Shown in pieces: positions 1 through 9,104 of a DNA stretch of 64,000 nt. The stretch spans positions 1-64,000 of the IMG/VR virus record IMGVR_UViG_2868108522_000001; one strand, 5' to 3'. Position numbers and translations under genes: made by a program. The notes under the pieces are model-generated. The model was not told the DNA's origin, did not search any database, and saw only the letters and a list, made by a program, of their open reading frames with translations. The stretch comes from a virus (Duplodnaviria > Caudoviricetes). Position 1 is the stretch's first letter, and the number at the start of each line of letters is the position of its first letter.

Positions 1-180
1 TCAGGCCGCCTCGATGACCTCGCCGCGGATCGCGGTCGCCCACTCGACCACCAGCAGCTCGTACTCCACGCGCTCCTGCGCGGACAGGGTCCCGCCCGCG
101 CGCCGCCACAGCGCGCGGATCTGATCGTTCAGTTCCGCGGCGGACCGCACGGAACCAGGCGTCACGTAATCGGGGGACAT
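1..180 (-). CDS. Small host hypothetical protein, probably leaderless from ATG 180
   Basis: ORF 1..210; ATG at 180 lies 7 nt after a TAGGCT -10 box; outside the inferred att junction. Confidence 0.6.
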   Translation of the reverse strand: MSPDYVTPGSVRSAAELNDQIRALWRRAGGTLSAQERVEYELLVVEWATAIRGEVIEAA

Positions 181-187
181 GCCGACA

Positions 188-209
188 AGCCTAGGGGCAA
201 GCACTGACA
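188..209 (-). promoter_or_regulatory. RecA-NDp/PafBC-type DNA-damage promoter motif
   Basis: Minus strand TGTCAG-TGCTTGCCCC-TAGGCT matches TGTCRG-N10-TAnnnT. Confidence 0.55.
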
Positions 210-243
210 CTGCGCTACCGGACGGCTACACAAGCGGTTCGCC

Positions 244-381
244 TCAGCCGGCGGACTCCGCGGCGTGCGGGCTGAGTACCCCCGCCGCCACCAGGGCGAT
301 GATGACGACGCCGAGCGCGATGCGGTACCAGACGAACGGCATGAAGCTCTTGGTGGAGATGAACTTCATGAACCAGTACAT
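244..381 (-). pseudogene. uppP: Displaced 3' end of undecaprenyl-diphosphate phosphatase
   Basis: WFMKFISTKSFMPFVWYRIALGVVIIALV is the characteristic UppP/BacA C-terminus (F.PFV.YR..LG); the rest of the gene is absent and replaced by the integrase. Confidence 0.8.
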
Positions 382-1775
382 CAGTCGGCACTCTCGGCCG
401 CTGTGACCTGCCGCTTCCACCACCCGGCAAGGCCCTCTGGGAGAGAACTGGGAGAACCTGGCGACTTCTCCCACTCGGTCTCCCGAACGAAGCGCAAAAA
501 CCGCTCCTGCAACGAATCCATCATCCGCTGCTCCATCGCCGTTGTCACGTTCGCGTACAGACCCTCAACTCCCGCCACCTCGTGACCCATGCGCGTCTCG
601 ACCGCGATCCGCGAGTGCTCGCCACCCGCTTCGTCGATCCACTCCTTCGCCCCGTGCCGCAGCAGGTACAGCCGCTTGCTGGCGTAGGCGGTTTTGGGCA
701 GCGCAGGGACAGGCCGGCGTGAGGTGACCTTCTGGGGCTGCCCGAGCCGGATCCTCTCGAACTCCGGTGACGCGTCACGACCGTCGGCGATGGGCCGCCA
801 GTAGTGGTAGGTGAAGTTCGCGTTCGCCAGCAGCCCGCCCGCGATCGACCGGAACACGTACTCGCCGTCGTGGCTGTCGACGAGTAGCTCCAGCAGCTCC
901 GCCAGGAACGGCGGCACGACCAACGTCCGCCTGCTCTCGTACTTCGGCGGGAACAGCTTCAGCGCACCCTTCTCCCGCTGATGCTGCCACTGCACGCGGA
1001 TCGCCGGCATCAGGTCGGTCCCGTACCGCTTGAGGTCGTCGGCGTGCCGCTCCTGGCGGTCCTCCTCGTCCGGGTCGTCCAGCGGGTCGCAGGCGGGCCA
1101 GGCGGGGTGGCAGTAGACGCGGCGCAGCGCGTACAGCTCGGCGGGCCGCATGCCGGTGCAGGCCATCGTCCACACGAAGACGAAGCCGTCCAGGCCCCAG
1201 AAGGCGAGCGCGTTGCAGGCGAGCTGGTGGACGTCCTCGATGCGCATCTCGCGCTTCCGCTCGCGCGGCTTCTTCTTGTACCGGCCGCGGCGCTGCTTCT
1301 TCCCCTTGGGCACCGGGGACGTCTTGCGGAGCTCGTCGCCGACGGCGTCGTCCATGAGCATGGAGAAGACGGTGAGGATCTCCTCCCCGTACTTGTCGCC
1401 CACGTTGGGCAGTGCTGTGAGCTGCTTCTTCCAGGCCCGGTAGGTGGACGGCTGGATGTCGGCGATGGCGGTCTCGCCCCACCGCGGCACGATGTACAGC
1501 CGCAGCATGGACCGGATGGCCTTGTCCCGCAGGTGCCCGACGTCGAGGGTGTCGACCCAGGTCTTCGCGTATCCGCCGACGGTGGTGGCGCCGTCGCGGC
1601 GGGAGATGTAGTCGTCGTTGCGGATCTCGGCTTCTCGGTCGAGGCCGTAGTTCTTGGCTACGGTCTCGTCGGTGAAGCCGCCCTTCTGGTCATAGATCCA
1701 CTTGCCGCGGTCGTCTTTCTGTCGCGTGTTCCAGACGACTCTGCAGGTGTTCCCGCGCCACTCGGTGTAGGCCAT
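381..1775 (-). CDS. int: Tyrosine recombinase/integrase
   Basis: GMRPAEL (R), LLRH, RMGH and GLY (Y) catalytic motifs; N-terminal arm-binding-like region. Confidence 0.9.
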   Translation of the reverse strand: MAYTEWRGNTCRVVWNTRQKDDRGKWIYDQKGGFTDETVAKNYGLDREAEIRNDDYISRRDGATTVGGYAKTWVDTLDVGHLRDKAIRSMLRLYIVPRWGETAIADIQPSTYRAWKKQLTALPNVGDKYGEEILTVFSMLMDDAVGDELRKTSPVPKGKKQRRGRYKKKPRERKREMRIEDVHQLACNALAFWGLDGFVFVWTMACTGMRPAELYALRRVYCHPAWPACDPLDDPDEEDRQERHADDLKRYGTDLMPAIRVQWQHQREKGALKLFPPKYESRRTLVVPPFLAELLELLVDSHDGEYVFRSIAGGLLANANFTYHYWRPIADGRDASPEFERIRLGQPQKVTSRRPVPALPKTAYASKRLYLLRHGAKEWIDEAGGEHSRIAVETRMGHEVAGVEGLYANVTTAMEQRMMDSLQERFLRFVRETEWEKSPGSPSSLPEGLAGWWKRQVTAAESAD

Positions 1776-1847
1776 GTTCTGCCCCTTGGGTGCTGGTGCG
1801 GGTGGCCGGCTGGCACCCCTGCCGCCGGCCCCGCCGCTGCGGCTGCG

Positions 1848-2045
1848 CTACGTGTGCTGGCCGATGATGCAGGCCTTGCACGAGGCGCAGTCGCCTCCTT
1901 GACGCTTGATCAGGTCGGAGACGGTGCGTCGTGCTTGTGCATCGTGCTCGACCCGAGGCGTCGCAACACACACGATTCTCCCAGCTATTCGACCTTGGAA
2001 GCCGTAGAAGCCGGGTCCGAGGTCGAGCATGAGCATGTCGTGCAT
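1848..2045 (-). CDS. Small Cys-containing protein (CxxCxxC) between repressor and integrase
   Basis: 65-aa ORF with GGGAG RBS. Confidence 0.6.
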   Translation of the reverse strand: MHDMLMLDLGPGFYGFQGRIAGRIVCVATPRVEHDAQARRTVSDLIKRQGGDCASCKACIIGQHT

Positions 2046-2193
2046 GGGCTCCCCCTTTCGGGTGAGAGGGAACCTCCCAAGTACTAGGCGATGCTGCCAT
2101 GCTGACGAACGGTTGTGACCGGGTTCGCCCTAAGTGACGACAGTTCAATAGGTAACGAAACGATAAACGGAAATGGTTGTACGAACAGGGCGA

Positions 2194-2649
2194 TCAATCG
2201 CGGTCAATTCCGCGCTTTTCCCAGCGTTCGAGCACCTTCTCCACTACCTGCCGCTTCAGCTCACGGATCTCAGCGGCCGTCATGGTGTCACTGATCGCAA
2301 CCGCCGCGTCCTGTACGACGTCCCCGACATCCTCTGCGAGATCCTCGGCGCGGACCGGTGAGAACACGGCCGCTGGGGTGGCGGGTTCGACAAGGGTGGC
2401 CGCAGTGGCCCCGCCCAGGATGTCGAGGCAACTGCCCGCCGCCCACTCCAGAACGGGCTCGATCTTCGTGTACGTGGTCTCTCGCACCGGCAGGCCGTCT
2501 TCGACCTTGCTGTAGGTGTTCACCTGCAGCCCGGCCCGCCGAGCGACGTCGACTTTGTGCAGCTTGAGTTCGGATCGTCGCTTAATGATCAGGCTTGCGA
2601 GCCTCTGAAGTGCATCTTCGTCATGTCGGGGTGCCATGCGCCACATCAT
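2194..2649 (-). CDS. XRE-family HTH immunity repressor
   Basis: RRSELKLHKVDVARRAGLQVNTYSKVEDG; divergent from cro-like gene. Confidence 0.8.
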   Translation of the reverse strand: MMWRMAPRHDEDALQRLASLIIKRRSELKLHKVDVARRAGLQVNTYSKVEDGLPVRETTYTKIEPVLEWAAGSCLDILGGATAATLVEPATPAAVFSPVRAEDLAEDVGDVVQDAAVAISDTMTAAEIRELKRQVVEKVLERWEKRGIDRD

Positions 2650-2657
2650 CGCAGGAC

Positions 2658-2806
2658 CACGTAGGAACAGCTAGGAACACCTGCGTTTCTGTCCTGAATC
2701 GCAACCCGGCTACGCGCGGAAGCGATCACATGACTGCGCGTATCTACGAGTTCACGCATGTTACTACGAGGTAGCGGTAGCGAAGGCTCGTAGAAACACG
2801 TAGATT
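2658..2806. promoter_or_regulatory. Divergent lysis/lysogeny control region with operator-like repeats
   Basis: CTACGAG at 2744 and 2764, inverted CTCGTAG at 2787, CACGTAG at 2797; TAGGAACA twice (2662, 2672); -10 TAGATT (2801) 6 nt before ATG 2813. Confidence 0.6.
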
Positions 2807-2812
2807 CTCTTC

Positions 2813-3055
2813 ATGGAAAGACCCCCAGCCACCTACCAGGTGCACGGTCCGTCCCTGCGTAAGCGGCGGATGGCCCAAGGCCTCACAGTCCAGGAAGCCG
2901 CCGACAAGGCCGGCATCTCCCGCAGCTACCTCCAGCGGCTGGAAACAGGCATCCGGGAGCGGATGGGGCCCAAGCGCTACACCCGGCTCCGCACAGCCCT
3001 CAACGCGACAGACGCCCAGCTCTGTCCACCCCACATACCCTCTGAAGGAAGGTGA
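2813..3055 (+). CDS. Cro-like XRE HTH protein
   Basis: GLTVQEAADKAGISRSYLQRLETG. Confidence 0.85.
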   Translation: MERPPATYQVHGPSLRKRRMAQGLTVQEAADKAGISRSYLQRLETGIRERMGPKRYTRLRTALNATDAQLCPPHIPSEGR

Positions 3056-3345
3056 CCATGTCCACCCCCAACGTCACCCCCATCGACGTCGACTCGATGA
3101 TGCGCCGTGACGGCTACGTCAAGCCCAAGGAAGCAGCCCGCGCCCTCGGTTGCGGTGAGCGGTGGCTGCTCGACGGCCTCAACAAGCACGGCTTCCCCCA
3201 CACCCGCATGGGCCGCGCCAAGTGGCTCAACGAGGACCACATCCGGGAGATCCGCTCCCTGTGCGAGGTGCCGGCCGACCGCGCCAAGATCTCGCGCCTT
3301 CGCCGCGCCTCGACCAAGCCGAGGCCCGCCCGCGCCGCTGCCTGA
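3052..3345 (+). CDS. Excisionase-like HTH DNA-binding protein
   Basis: YVKPKEAARALGCGERWL...FPHTRMGR; position after cro. Confidence 0.7.
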   Translation: MTMSTPNVTPIDVDSMMRRDGYVKPKEAARALGCGERWLLDGLNKHGFPHTRMGRAKWLNEDHIREIRSLCEVPADRAKISRLRRASTKPRPARAAA

Positions 3346-3436
3346 CCGGCAACGCAAAGAGGCCGCCGCGACCCGCTAAGCCCGCGACGACCTCACGCTC
3401 CACCCCATCCAGAGCACGCAACGAAAGGGGCTTCAC

Positions 3437-3679
3437 GTGCCTCGATCTTCTCAGACCCCGCCGCCCGGCAGCGCGCATTACCGCCTGCTGGCCCTGCTCG
3501 ACCGCTACAGCGACCCGCAGGGGAAGCTCGACGCCTACCTCGCCGAGAAGCTGCGCACGATCGTGGACACGATCGAGGCGGTCAACCCCGACCGCAGCGA
3601 GGACTTCTCCGAGGGCGTCGACTGGACGCTCGACCGCCTCCGCTCGCTGATCGGCGACCTGTCCGGCGGTGCCCGATGA
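3437..3679 (+). CDS. Hypothetical phage protein
   Basis: ORF in coupled early operon. Confidence 0.55.
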   Translation: MPRSSQTPPPGSAHYRLLALLDRYSDPQGKLDAYLAEKLRTIVDTIEAVNPDRSEDFSEGVDWTLDRLRSLIGDLSGGAR

Positions 3680-4131
3680 GCGCGCGCGTCGAGTCCTCCG
3701 CCCGTCTGTCTCCGGAGCGCGAGGCCGAGATCGCAGCCCGTGCGGAAGCTGCCACCCCGGGGCCGTGGGAGGCCAACGCAGAGTACGGCGCCCACTTCTA
3801 CGCCTATCTGGGCGGTCCGTACCTCCTCGGTGTCGGCACACTCAACTTCGGTGAGGGCAGTGCCGCCGAGGCCGACAAGGCACTCACCGTCAACGCCCGC
3901 GAGGACATCCGACAACTCCTCGCCGAGCTGGCCGCGGTCCGCGCCGAACGCGACCAGGCAGAGACGCGGGTGCGGAAGCAGATCGCCGACGACCTGCACC
4001 GGGCCGAATTGCCGTCGTTCCCTCGTGACGAGAGCCCCGAACTGGCGGCCAAGACAGTCCGATCCGTCGATGTCCGTATCGCCAACTGGGGCGACACCGC
4101 TGCGTACTGGGTGCCGAAGGACGGTGCCTGA
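3676..4131 (+). CDS. Ea22-like early phage protein
   Basis: ARAEAATPGPW motif and later NAREDIRQLLAEL. Confidence 0.55.
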   Translation: MSARVESSARLSPEREAEIAARAEAATPGPWEANAEYGAHFYAYLGGPYLLGVGTLNFGEGSAAEADKALTVNAREDIRQLLAELAAVRAERDQAETRVRKQIADDLHRAELPSFPRDESPELAAKTVRSVDVRIANWGDTAAYWVPKDGA

Positions 4132-4346
4132 TGGACGCCGACACCTTCAACGCCCTGTTCAAGGTCGGTACTCCGGTCCGGGTGTTCCCGAACACCCGCG
4201 AGGACGGATCGCGGATCACCCGCACCCGCACGCCCGCCGTCCAGGTGATGCACGGTCTCGCCGTCGTCCACGTCGACGGCATCCGCTGCGCCTTCAACAC
4301 CCGATACGTCGACATCCTGCCCGACAACTATCCCGTGGAGGCGTGA
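4131..4346 (+). CDS. Hypothetical phage protein
   Basis: Coupled ORF (TGATG overlap). Confidence 0.6.
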   Translation: MDADTFNALFKVGTPVRVFPNTREDGSRITRTRTPAVQVMHGLAVVHVDGIRCAFNTRYVDILPDNYPVEA

Positions 4347-4594
4347 TGGCTGCCGACATCTACGGCGCGCTCACCGTCGACCTGAACGACGCCCCAATCC
4401 GCACCGAGACCGGCCGCGACCTGTTCGGCAAGCCCATGGCCCGCCTCGTCATCGGCGAGAACTACCGGACCATCGCGATCACCGTGTCCAACTCCACCCC
4501 GGCGAAGGTCGCCGAACTCGCCGAAGCCGCCGCCCAGCTCGCTGCCTGCGCCGAACAGATGGCCCGCCTCGCCAGCCTCCCGGAGGTGGCGTGA
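4346..4594 (+). CDS. Hypothetical phage protein
   Basis: GGAGG RBS, TGATG overlap. Confidence 0.6.
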   Translation: MAADIYGALTVDLNDAPIRTETGRDLFGKPMARLVIGENYRTIAITVSNSTPAKVAELAEAAAQLAACAEQMARLASLPEVA

Positions 4595-4857
4595 TGACCA
4601 CCTACCTGCATGACGGCGTCCGCTTCGACCTGACCGTCACCCACACCGATGTGACCGGCGTCGAGTGGCAGTGGTCCGGCGCCTGGAACGAGGCCGGCGA
4701 ACCGCTGATGGGGGCGACGGAGCAGGGCAGCAGCATCTTCCTGCCGCCGCTGATCTCCCTGCCCGACCTGTACCTGTGGCACGGGCCGCTCATCCCCACC
4801 CCGCGCAAGGCCACCGCCAACATCTACCGACGCGTCCTCAGGCAGGCCGCAGCATGA
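4591..4857 (+). CDS. phiSA1p31-like small phage protein
   Basis: DGVRFDL...DVTGVEWQWSG...GEPLM...GPL pattern. Confidence 0.55.
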   Translation: MMTTYLHDGVRFDLTVTHTDVTGVEWQWSGAWNEAGEPLMGATEQGSSIFLPPLISLPDLYLWHGPLIPTPRKATANIYRRVLRQAAA

Positions 4858-5066
4858 CCGGCCCGGTCCCGTCCCGCCTGTCGCCCACGGCGGGGCTGGT
4901 CAACGCCATGGCCCGCCTCTACATCCGCCGCGCTGTCCCGTTCATCGCCATCCAGGAACAGCAGCTCGACGAAGCCCGCAACGAACGAGCACGACTCCGC
5001 ACCGCGGCCAGCTTCCGCGAATCACGAGCAGCCGGCTACATCGACGACGACCTGGAGGGGCCGTGA
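4854..5066 (+). CDS. Hypothetical phage protein
   Basis: ATGA overlap with upstream gene. Confidence 0.55.
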   Translation: MTGPVPSRLSPTAGLVNAMARLYIRRAVPFIAIQEQQLDEARNERARLRTAASFRESRAAGYIDDDLEGP

Positions 5067-5539
5067 GCATCGCCCAGGACTTCCGTACCCGAGCCAAGCA
5101 CCGCGGCCTCACCCCGTGGCAGCTGATCCAGAAGATCGGCCGGCTCGAGCGCGAGGCCGACAACCGCACCTGCCTGATGGTCGAGATGGCCACCCAGATC
5201 GACGAGCTGACCGCCGAACGCAACCAGCTCGAGGAGCAGCTCGACACGGCGGCGATCGACCTGTCGACCGCACTCGACGACCTGCGGATCTCCCGCCAGG
5301 AAACCGCCCGCACCCAGGACGCCCTCACCGCGACGCAGGCGCAGCTCGCCAACGCGACCGCCGTCAGTGACCTGCCGCAGAACGTCGCCACCCAGCCCAT
5401 CCCGATCGTCGACCGATTCGGCAACGGCCCCGTCATCCGGATCGGCGCCTCGCCGCTCGCCACCACCGACCCCGTCCAGGTCCCGGCCACCTGGACGCGC
5501 GACGCCGACGAGGACACGGAGCCGCTCCCGGCCGCCTAG
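5063..5539 (+). CDS. Coiled-coil hypothetical protein
   Basis: Heptad-rich central region; coupled ORF. Confidence 0.6.
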   Translation: MSIAQDFRTRAKHRGLTPWQLIQKIGRLEREADNRTCLMVEMATQIDELTAERNQLEEQLDTAAIDLSTALDDLRISRQETARTQDALTATQAQLANATAVSDLPQNVATQPIPIVDRFGNGPVIRIGASPLATTDPVQVPATWTRDADEDTEPLPAA

Positions 5540-5651
5540 ACCGCCGCCCCGCCGGCCGAGACAGGTTGGCCGGGCGGCGCACCACGCAAGAACCCCCCGG
5601 ACGCTCGTATCGCCCGGGGGATCCCACCCAAGCATCCCATGGAGGGATCCC

Positions 5652-6542
5652 GTGACCACCACAACCGCCGCCGAGAGGGTCGCCGCCCTGCGCGACGAGT
5701 ACGCCCGGCTCGGCGAAAACGTCGACCACCTCACCGACCTGGACCTGCTCAACGAGTACGCGGAGCGGGCCGAGCGGGACCGCATCAACACCAACGACCG
5801 CTACATGCGGCTCCTCACCGAGCAGCGCCACTACGGCGACCGAGTGCGCCAGGCCGCGGTCCGTGAGATGACGGACCGGGTCGATCAGGTCGCAGCCCAT
5901 GCCGTGCAGCGGCGAGCGAGTCACCTGGACCGCATCTTCTCCGCGGTCGACGTGCTGCCTGAGCGGGCCAACGCCGAGCGTGTGCAGGCCCTGAAGCGGA
6001 TCGTCGCCGACACACGTCACTCGCTGTCCCTCTATGAGGGGGCCGACCCGGCGAAGGAGTGGCGGCCCGACGACAACGCTGCACTCGTCCACGCTGCCCG
6101 CGGTGTTGTGGGTGTTCTCCGTGGCAAGCCGGCCGTGTCTGCCGAGGACGTGATCCGGCTCGTGGGGGAGGCGCTGACCCCGAACGGCAACCTGCGTGAT
6201 CTGTTCGACGTGGCGCACGCTACCCCGATCAAGCGGCAGCAGCCCGTCTTCGTCGACGACAACTGGGCCGAGATGGGCGGCGGCAGCTACTGGGCCTTCG
6301 AGCCGGCAGGCAGCCGGTACCGGGTCGTCGCCTACAGCCAGGGCGACACCTGGTGGATCGACCTTCAGGGCCCGACCGGTGCCCTCATTGCGGCTGGTGA
6401 GGCCACCGAGGGCGAGGTCGCCGCGACCGCCGCCGCGCTCGTAGAGCAGGCGCCCGATCTGGCCGCTTCCGGGCTGCGGCCCTGGCAGTGCTGGAAGCGC
6501 GTCACCGCCACCACGACGACTTCTGCGGCAACGGCCGCCTGA
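5652..6542 (+). CDS. Hypothetical phage protein
   Basis: GGAGG RBS then GTG; 296 aa. Confidence 0.65.
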   Translation: MTTTTAAERVAALRDEYARLGENVDHLTDLDLLNEYAERAERDRINTNDRYMRLLTEQRHYGDRVRQAAVREMTDRVDQVAAHAVQRRASHLDRIFSAVDVLPERANAERVQALKRIVADTRHSLSLYEGADPAKEWRPDDNAALVHAARGVVGVLRGKPAVSAEDVIRLVGEALTPNGNLRDLFDVAHATPIKRQQPVFVDDNWAEMGGGSYWAFEPAGSRYRVVAYSQGDTWWIDLQGPTGALIAAGEATEGEVAATAAALVEQAPDLAASGLRPWQCWKRVTATTTTSAATAA

Positions 6543-6689
6543 CCCTCACCAGGAGATTCCCATGGACGAAATGACGCTGTTCCCGCTGTCCGCCCTGCAG
6601 ACCGAGGGCTACGCCCAGCCGGAGCCCCGCAACACCGACGACGACGTGGCTGACGCCGAGTCGGTCGACGAGACGGCGCAGGCCGCCTG

Positions 6690-7817
6690 ATGAAGATCCG
6701 CATCGACCAGAAGACGCTGGCGGGCGCGGCACGTGCCGCACACCGCCGGCTCCCCAACAATCCCCTGCAACCCGTCCTCGGTGGTCTGCTGCTGGAAACC
6801 GACGGCGACTCCGTCACCGTGTCCGGGTTCGACTACGAGACCGCCACCCGCGCCACCCTGGCCGCCGATGTCCTCGAGACCGGAAAGGCCCTCGTGTCGG
6901 GCCGGCTGCTCGCCGACGTGACCGCGGCCATGCCCGCCGGGCCCGTCGATGTGGTGGTGGATGAGCGGGAGCTGACCGTGTCAGCGCCCGGCACCACCTT
7001 CACCCTGCCGACGATGAGCCGCCGCGACTACCCGGCCCTGCCCGAAGCGCCCGCCGCCGCCGGCACCGTGGACGGCGACGCGCTGGCCGCCGCCGTCGTC
7101 CACGCCGCCCAGGCCTCAATGCCCGACAAGGAAGCCGTCGGCAACCTCGAAGGCTTCCTCGGCGTACACGTCGCAGCCGACGGCAACCAGCTCACCGTTT
7201 CCGCGTCGGACCGGTACCGGATCGTCCGGCACCGCATCCCGTGGACCCCCGACGGAGAGACCGACGGCTCCCTGCTCGTGCCCGCCGCCCACCTGGCCGC
7301 CACCGTCAAGCAGCTGGCCGGCGGCCCGGTACGGATCTCCTTCACCAACAACATCACCGTCGCCTGCCTGGCCAGCGACACGCTAACCGTCACCAGCCGC
7401 ACCGTCGCCGCCCCCTTCCCCAACATCGAAGGCTTCTTCCCCGACCCGGGCAAGGCCGTCGGCTGGATGCGCGGCGACGCCGCCGAGCTGCTGGAAGCCG
7501 TGCAGCGGGCGGCACTCGTCAACGACAAGCCCGAGCAGGCGATCACCCTCACCTTCGGCCGCGGCCAGGTCACCGTGGCGGGCGGCGCGGAGGGCTCCAA
7601 GGGCGCCTCCCGCATCGACGCCGAAACCGTCGACCTCGACGGGTTCACCGCCGGCTACCGGCCCGGCTTCCTCGGCTCCCTCCTCGCCCCCATCACCGGC
7701 GCCGTCCAGGTGTGGTTCACCACCCCCAACAAGCCGGTGCTCATCCAGCCCGTCGACGAGAACGGCGCCGCCACCGACCACTACCGGGCCGTGTGCATGC
7801 CCGTCCGCCTCAAGTAG
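6690..7817 (+). CDS. dnaN: DNA polymerase III beta sliding clamp, phage copy
   Basis: PVLGGLLLE, FDYET, VSGRLLADV, DYPALP, ASDRYR, MPVRL; 375 aa. Confidence 0.9.
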   Translation: MKIRIDQKTLAGAARAAHRRLPNNPLQPVLGGLLLETDGDSVTVSGFDYETATRATLAADVLETGKALVSGRLLADVTAAMPAGPVDVVVDERELTVSAPGTTFTLPTMSRRDYPALPEAPAAAGTVDGDALAAAVVHAAQASMPDKEAVGNLEGFLGVHVAADGNQLTVSASDRYRIVRHRIPWTPDGETDGSLLVPAAHLAATVKQLAGGPVRISFTNNITVACLASDTLTVTSRTVAAPFPNIEGFFPDPGKAVGWMRGDAAELLEAVQRAALVNDKPEQAITLTFGRGQVTVAGGAEGSKGASRIDAETVDLDGFTAGYRPGFLGSLLAPITGAVQVWFTTPNKPVLIQPVDENGAATDHYRAVCMPVRLK

Positions 7818-8064
7818 CCCCACAACCCCATACCGGCCGCGTCGGGCGATCCCCATGCTCCGCGGCATCCCAGGCCGGGCGTCCCGGGCCTCCCCCTCCC
7901 GGGACGCCCGGCCACCACCTAGCACATCCTCAGGAGCGTCACATGAGCACCGAAAGCACCACAAAACCCGCCGCGCCACTCCGGTGTCGGAACTGCGGCG
8001 ACGAAGACGGACCGTTCGTACCCGGCACCGGCCTCTGCGAGGGCTGCGCGGACGGAGGCGGCCG

Positions 8065-8253
8065 ATGAGCACCGTCGACGAGCTGGAGACCCAGATCGCC
8101 GCCCTCGAAGAAGAGATCGACGGCCTGAACGACCAGGTCCACGACCTCACCGAAGAACGGGATGACCTCAAGCGGGAGAACACCGAACTCGCCGAACGGC
8201 TGGACACCGCCAAGGACATCGCCAACGACCTCACCCGGGAGCTGAACCAGTGA
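8065..8253 (+). CDS. Small coiled-coil protein
   Basis: Acidic heptad ORF with RBS. Confidence 0.6.
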   Translation: MSTVDELETQIAALEEEIDGLNDQVHDLTEERDDLKRENTELAERLDTAKDIANDLTRELNQ

Positions 8254-9104
8254 CCGCCGCCGTCGAGGTCGAGGCGCCGAAGGTCGTCGACGGGCTCTCT
8301 GCCGAGGCCTACCACGCGGACCGCACGTCGATCTCCTCGTCCGGGCTCCGCGCCCTCTTGACCCCGGGCTGCCCCGCCCAGTTCAAGTACGACCGCGACC
8401 ACCCCCAGGCGCCGAAGAAGGAGTTCGACCTCGGTCACGCCGCCCACCTGTACGTGCTGGGGGAGGGCCCCGAGCTTGAGGTCATCGACTTCCCGGACTG
8501 GCGGAAGAAGGACGCCCAGATCCAGCGCGACGAGGCCTACCTCGCGGGCAAAGTGCCGCTGCTCACCAAGGACCACGACATGGTCCAGGCGATGGCCGAC
8601 GCCATCCGCCAGCACCCGATAGCCGGGCCGCTGTTCACGCCCGGCAGTGGCGTCGCCGAACAGTCGATCTACTGGACTGACCCGGAGACCGGCGTCCGCT
8701 GCCGCATCCGCCCGGACTGGCGACGCGGCCCGATCATCGTCGACTACAAGACGATCAAGGACGCATCGCCCGACACCATCAGCCGCGCCATCAAGGACCG
8801 GTCGTACCACCAGCAGGACGCCCTCTACATCGACGGCGTCGAAGCCGCCGGGCTCGCACCCGACGGCGCCCGATTCGTCTTCGTCTTCCAGTCCAAGATC
8901 GCGCCCTACCTGGTCACCGTCCGCGAACTCGTCGACCAAGACCGCGACATCGGCCGCGCCCGCAACCAGCGCGCCCTCCGGATCTACGCCGACTGCGTCA
9001 CCAACGACCACTGGCCCGACTGGACCGGGCCCGTCACCGAAATCCCCCAGATCGGCATGCCGACCTGGGACACCATCCGCCAAGCCGAGGAGTACCTGCA
9101 GTGA
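8250..9104 (+). CDS. RecE/ExoVIII-like PD-(D/E)XK exonuclease
   Basis: YHAD..ISSSGLR, GHAAH, CRIRPD, IVDYKT, YHQQDALY. Confidence 0.85.
   Translation: MTAAVEVEAPKVVDGLSAEAYHADRTSISSSGLRALLTPGCPAQFKYDRDHPQAPKKEFDLGHAAHLYVLGEGPELEVIDFPDWRKKDAQIQRDEAYLAGKVPLLTKDHDMVQAMADAIRQHPIAGPLFTPGSGVAEQSIYWTDPETGVRCRIRPDWRRGPIIVDYKTIKDASPDTISRAIKDRSYHQQDALYIDGVEAAGLAPDGARFVFVFQSKIAPYLVTVRELVDQDRDIGRARNQRALRIYADCVTNDHWPDWTGPVTEIPQIGMPTWDTIRQAEEYLQ

Noticed and set aside
244-474. 76-aa ORF as a complete gene
   Set aside because: Its 5' part is an alternate frame of the integrase; only 244-381 is UppP-like
2090-2190. LexA SOS box near the repressor
   Set aside because: Only CGAAC half-sites; no CGAAC-N4-GTTCG palindrome
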